From the human T2T-CHM13v2.0 reference genome, Homo sapiens: a DNA stretch of 64,000 nt. This document shows positions 63,917 through 64,000 of this stretch, one piece after another. The stretch is taken from assembly GCF_009914755.1 (NCBI RefSeq), contig NC_060927.1; one strand, written 5' to 3'. The stretch's first letter is position 1; each line of letters starts with the position of its first letter. The notes under the pieces were generated by a model. It was given only the letters and a program-made list of their open reading frames with translations. It was not told where the DNA came from and searched no databases. Position numbers and translations under genes: made by a program.

Positions 63917-64000
63917 TGAAACAGACAAGAGGCAGGGAAACACTAGGCAGAAAGGGGCGGGGTGCCTAGCAAAGCCCCACCCTCAAGCCTGGACCCATGG
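63917..64000 (+). mobile_element. 5' start of a second LTR1-family LTR (runs off the window)
   Basis: TGAAACAGACAAGAGGCAGGGAAACAC...AAAGCCCCACCCTCAAGCCTGGA, homologous to the start of 61712-62486. Confidence 0.8.

Overview
AT-rich, repeat-dense primate (human-like) genomic DNA. It contains one protein-coding unit: the single-exon ORF of the serotonin receptor HTR1F (26592-27692, +), preceded by a strong splice acceptor (AG at 26548-26549). The rest is mostly interspersed repeats: about 22 Alus, a complete THE1 provirus, an internally deleted MER52 provirus, solo LTRs (LTR12C, LTR1, MER4, MST/THE1), L1/L2 fragments, MER5/MER58 and an ERVL dUTPase relic. Many have target-site duplications (TSDs) readable by eye. 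The most notable unexplained structures are (i) an L1PA insertion combining a 5' inversion, a ~300-bp polyadenylated 3' transduction and apparent target deletion (43712-45168); (ii) an orphan CpG/NRF1/ZNF143-like promoter-type segment behind a strong splice acceptor (36630-37000); (iii) sense-oriented THE1 LTRs with DUX4 sites and splice donors that could serve as alternative HTR1F first exons; and (iv) palindrome-associated templated duplications (2671-2890, 11136-11275). I found no convincing new protein-coding system. Repeat family names come from recalled consensus sequences, not a database search, and boundaries without TSDs are approximate.
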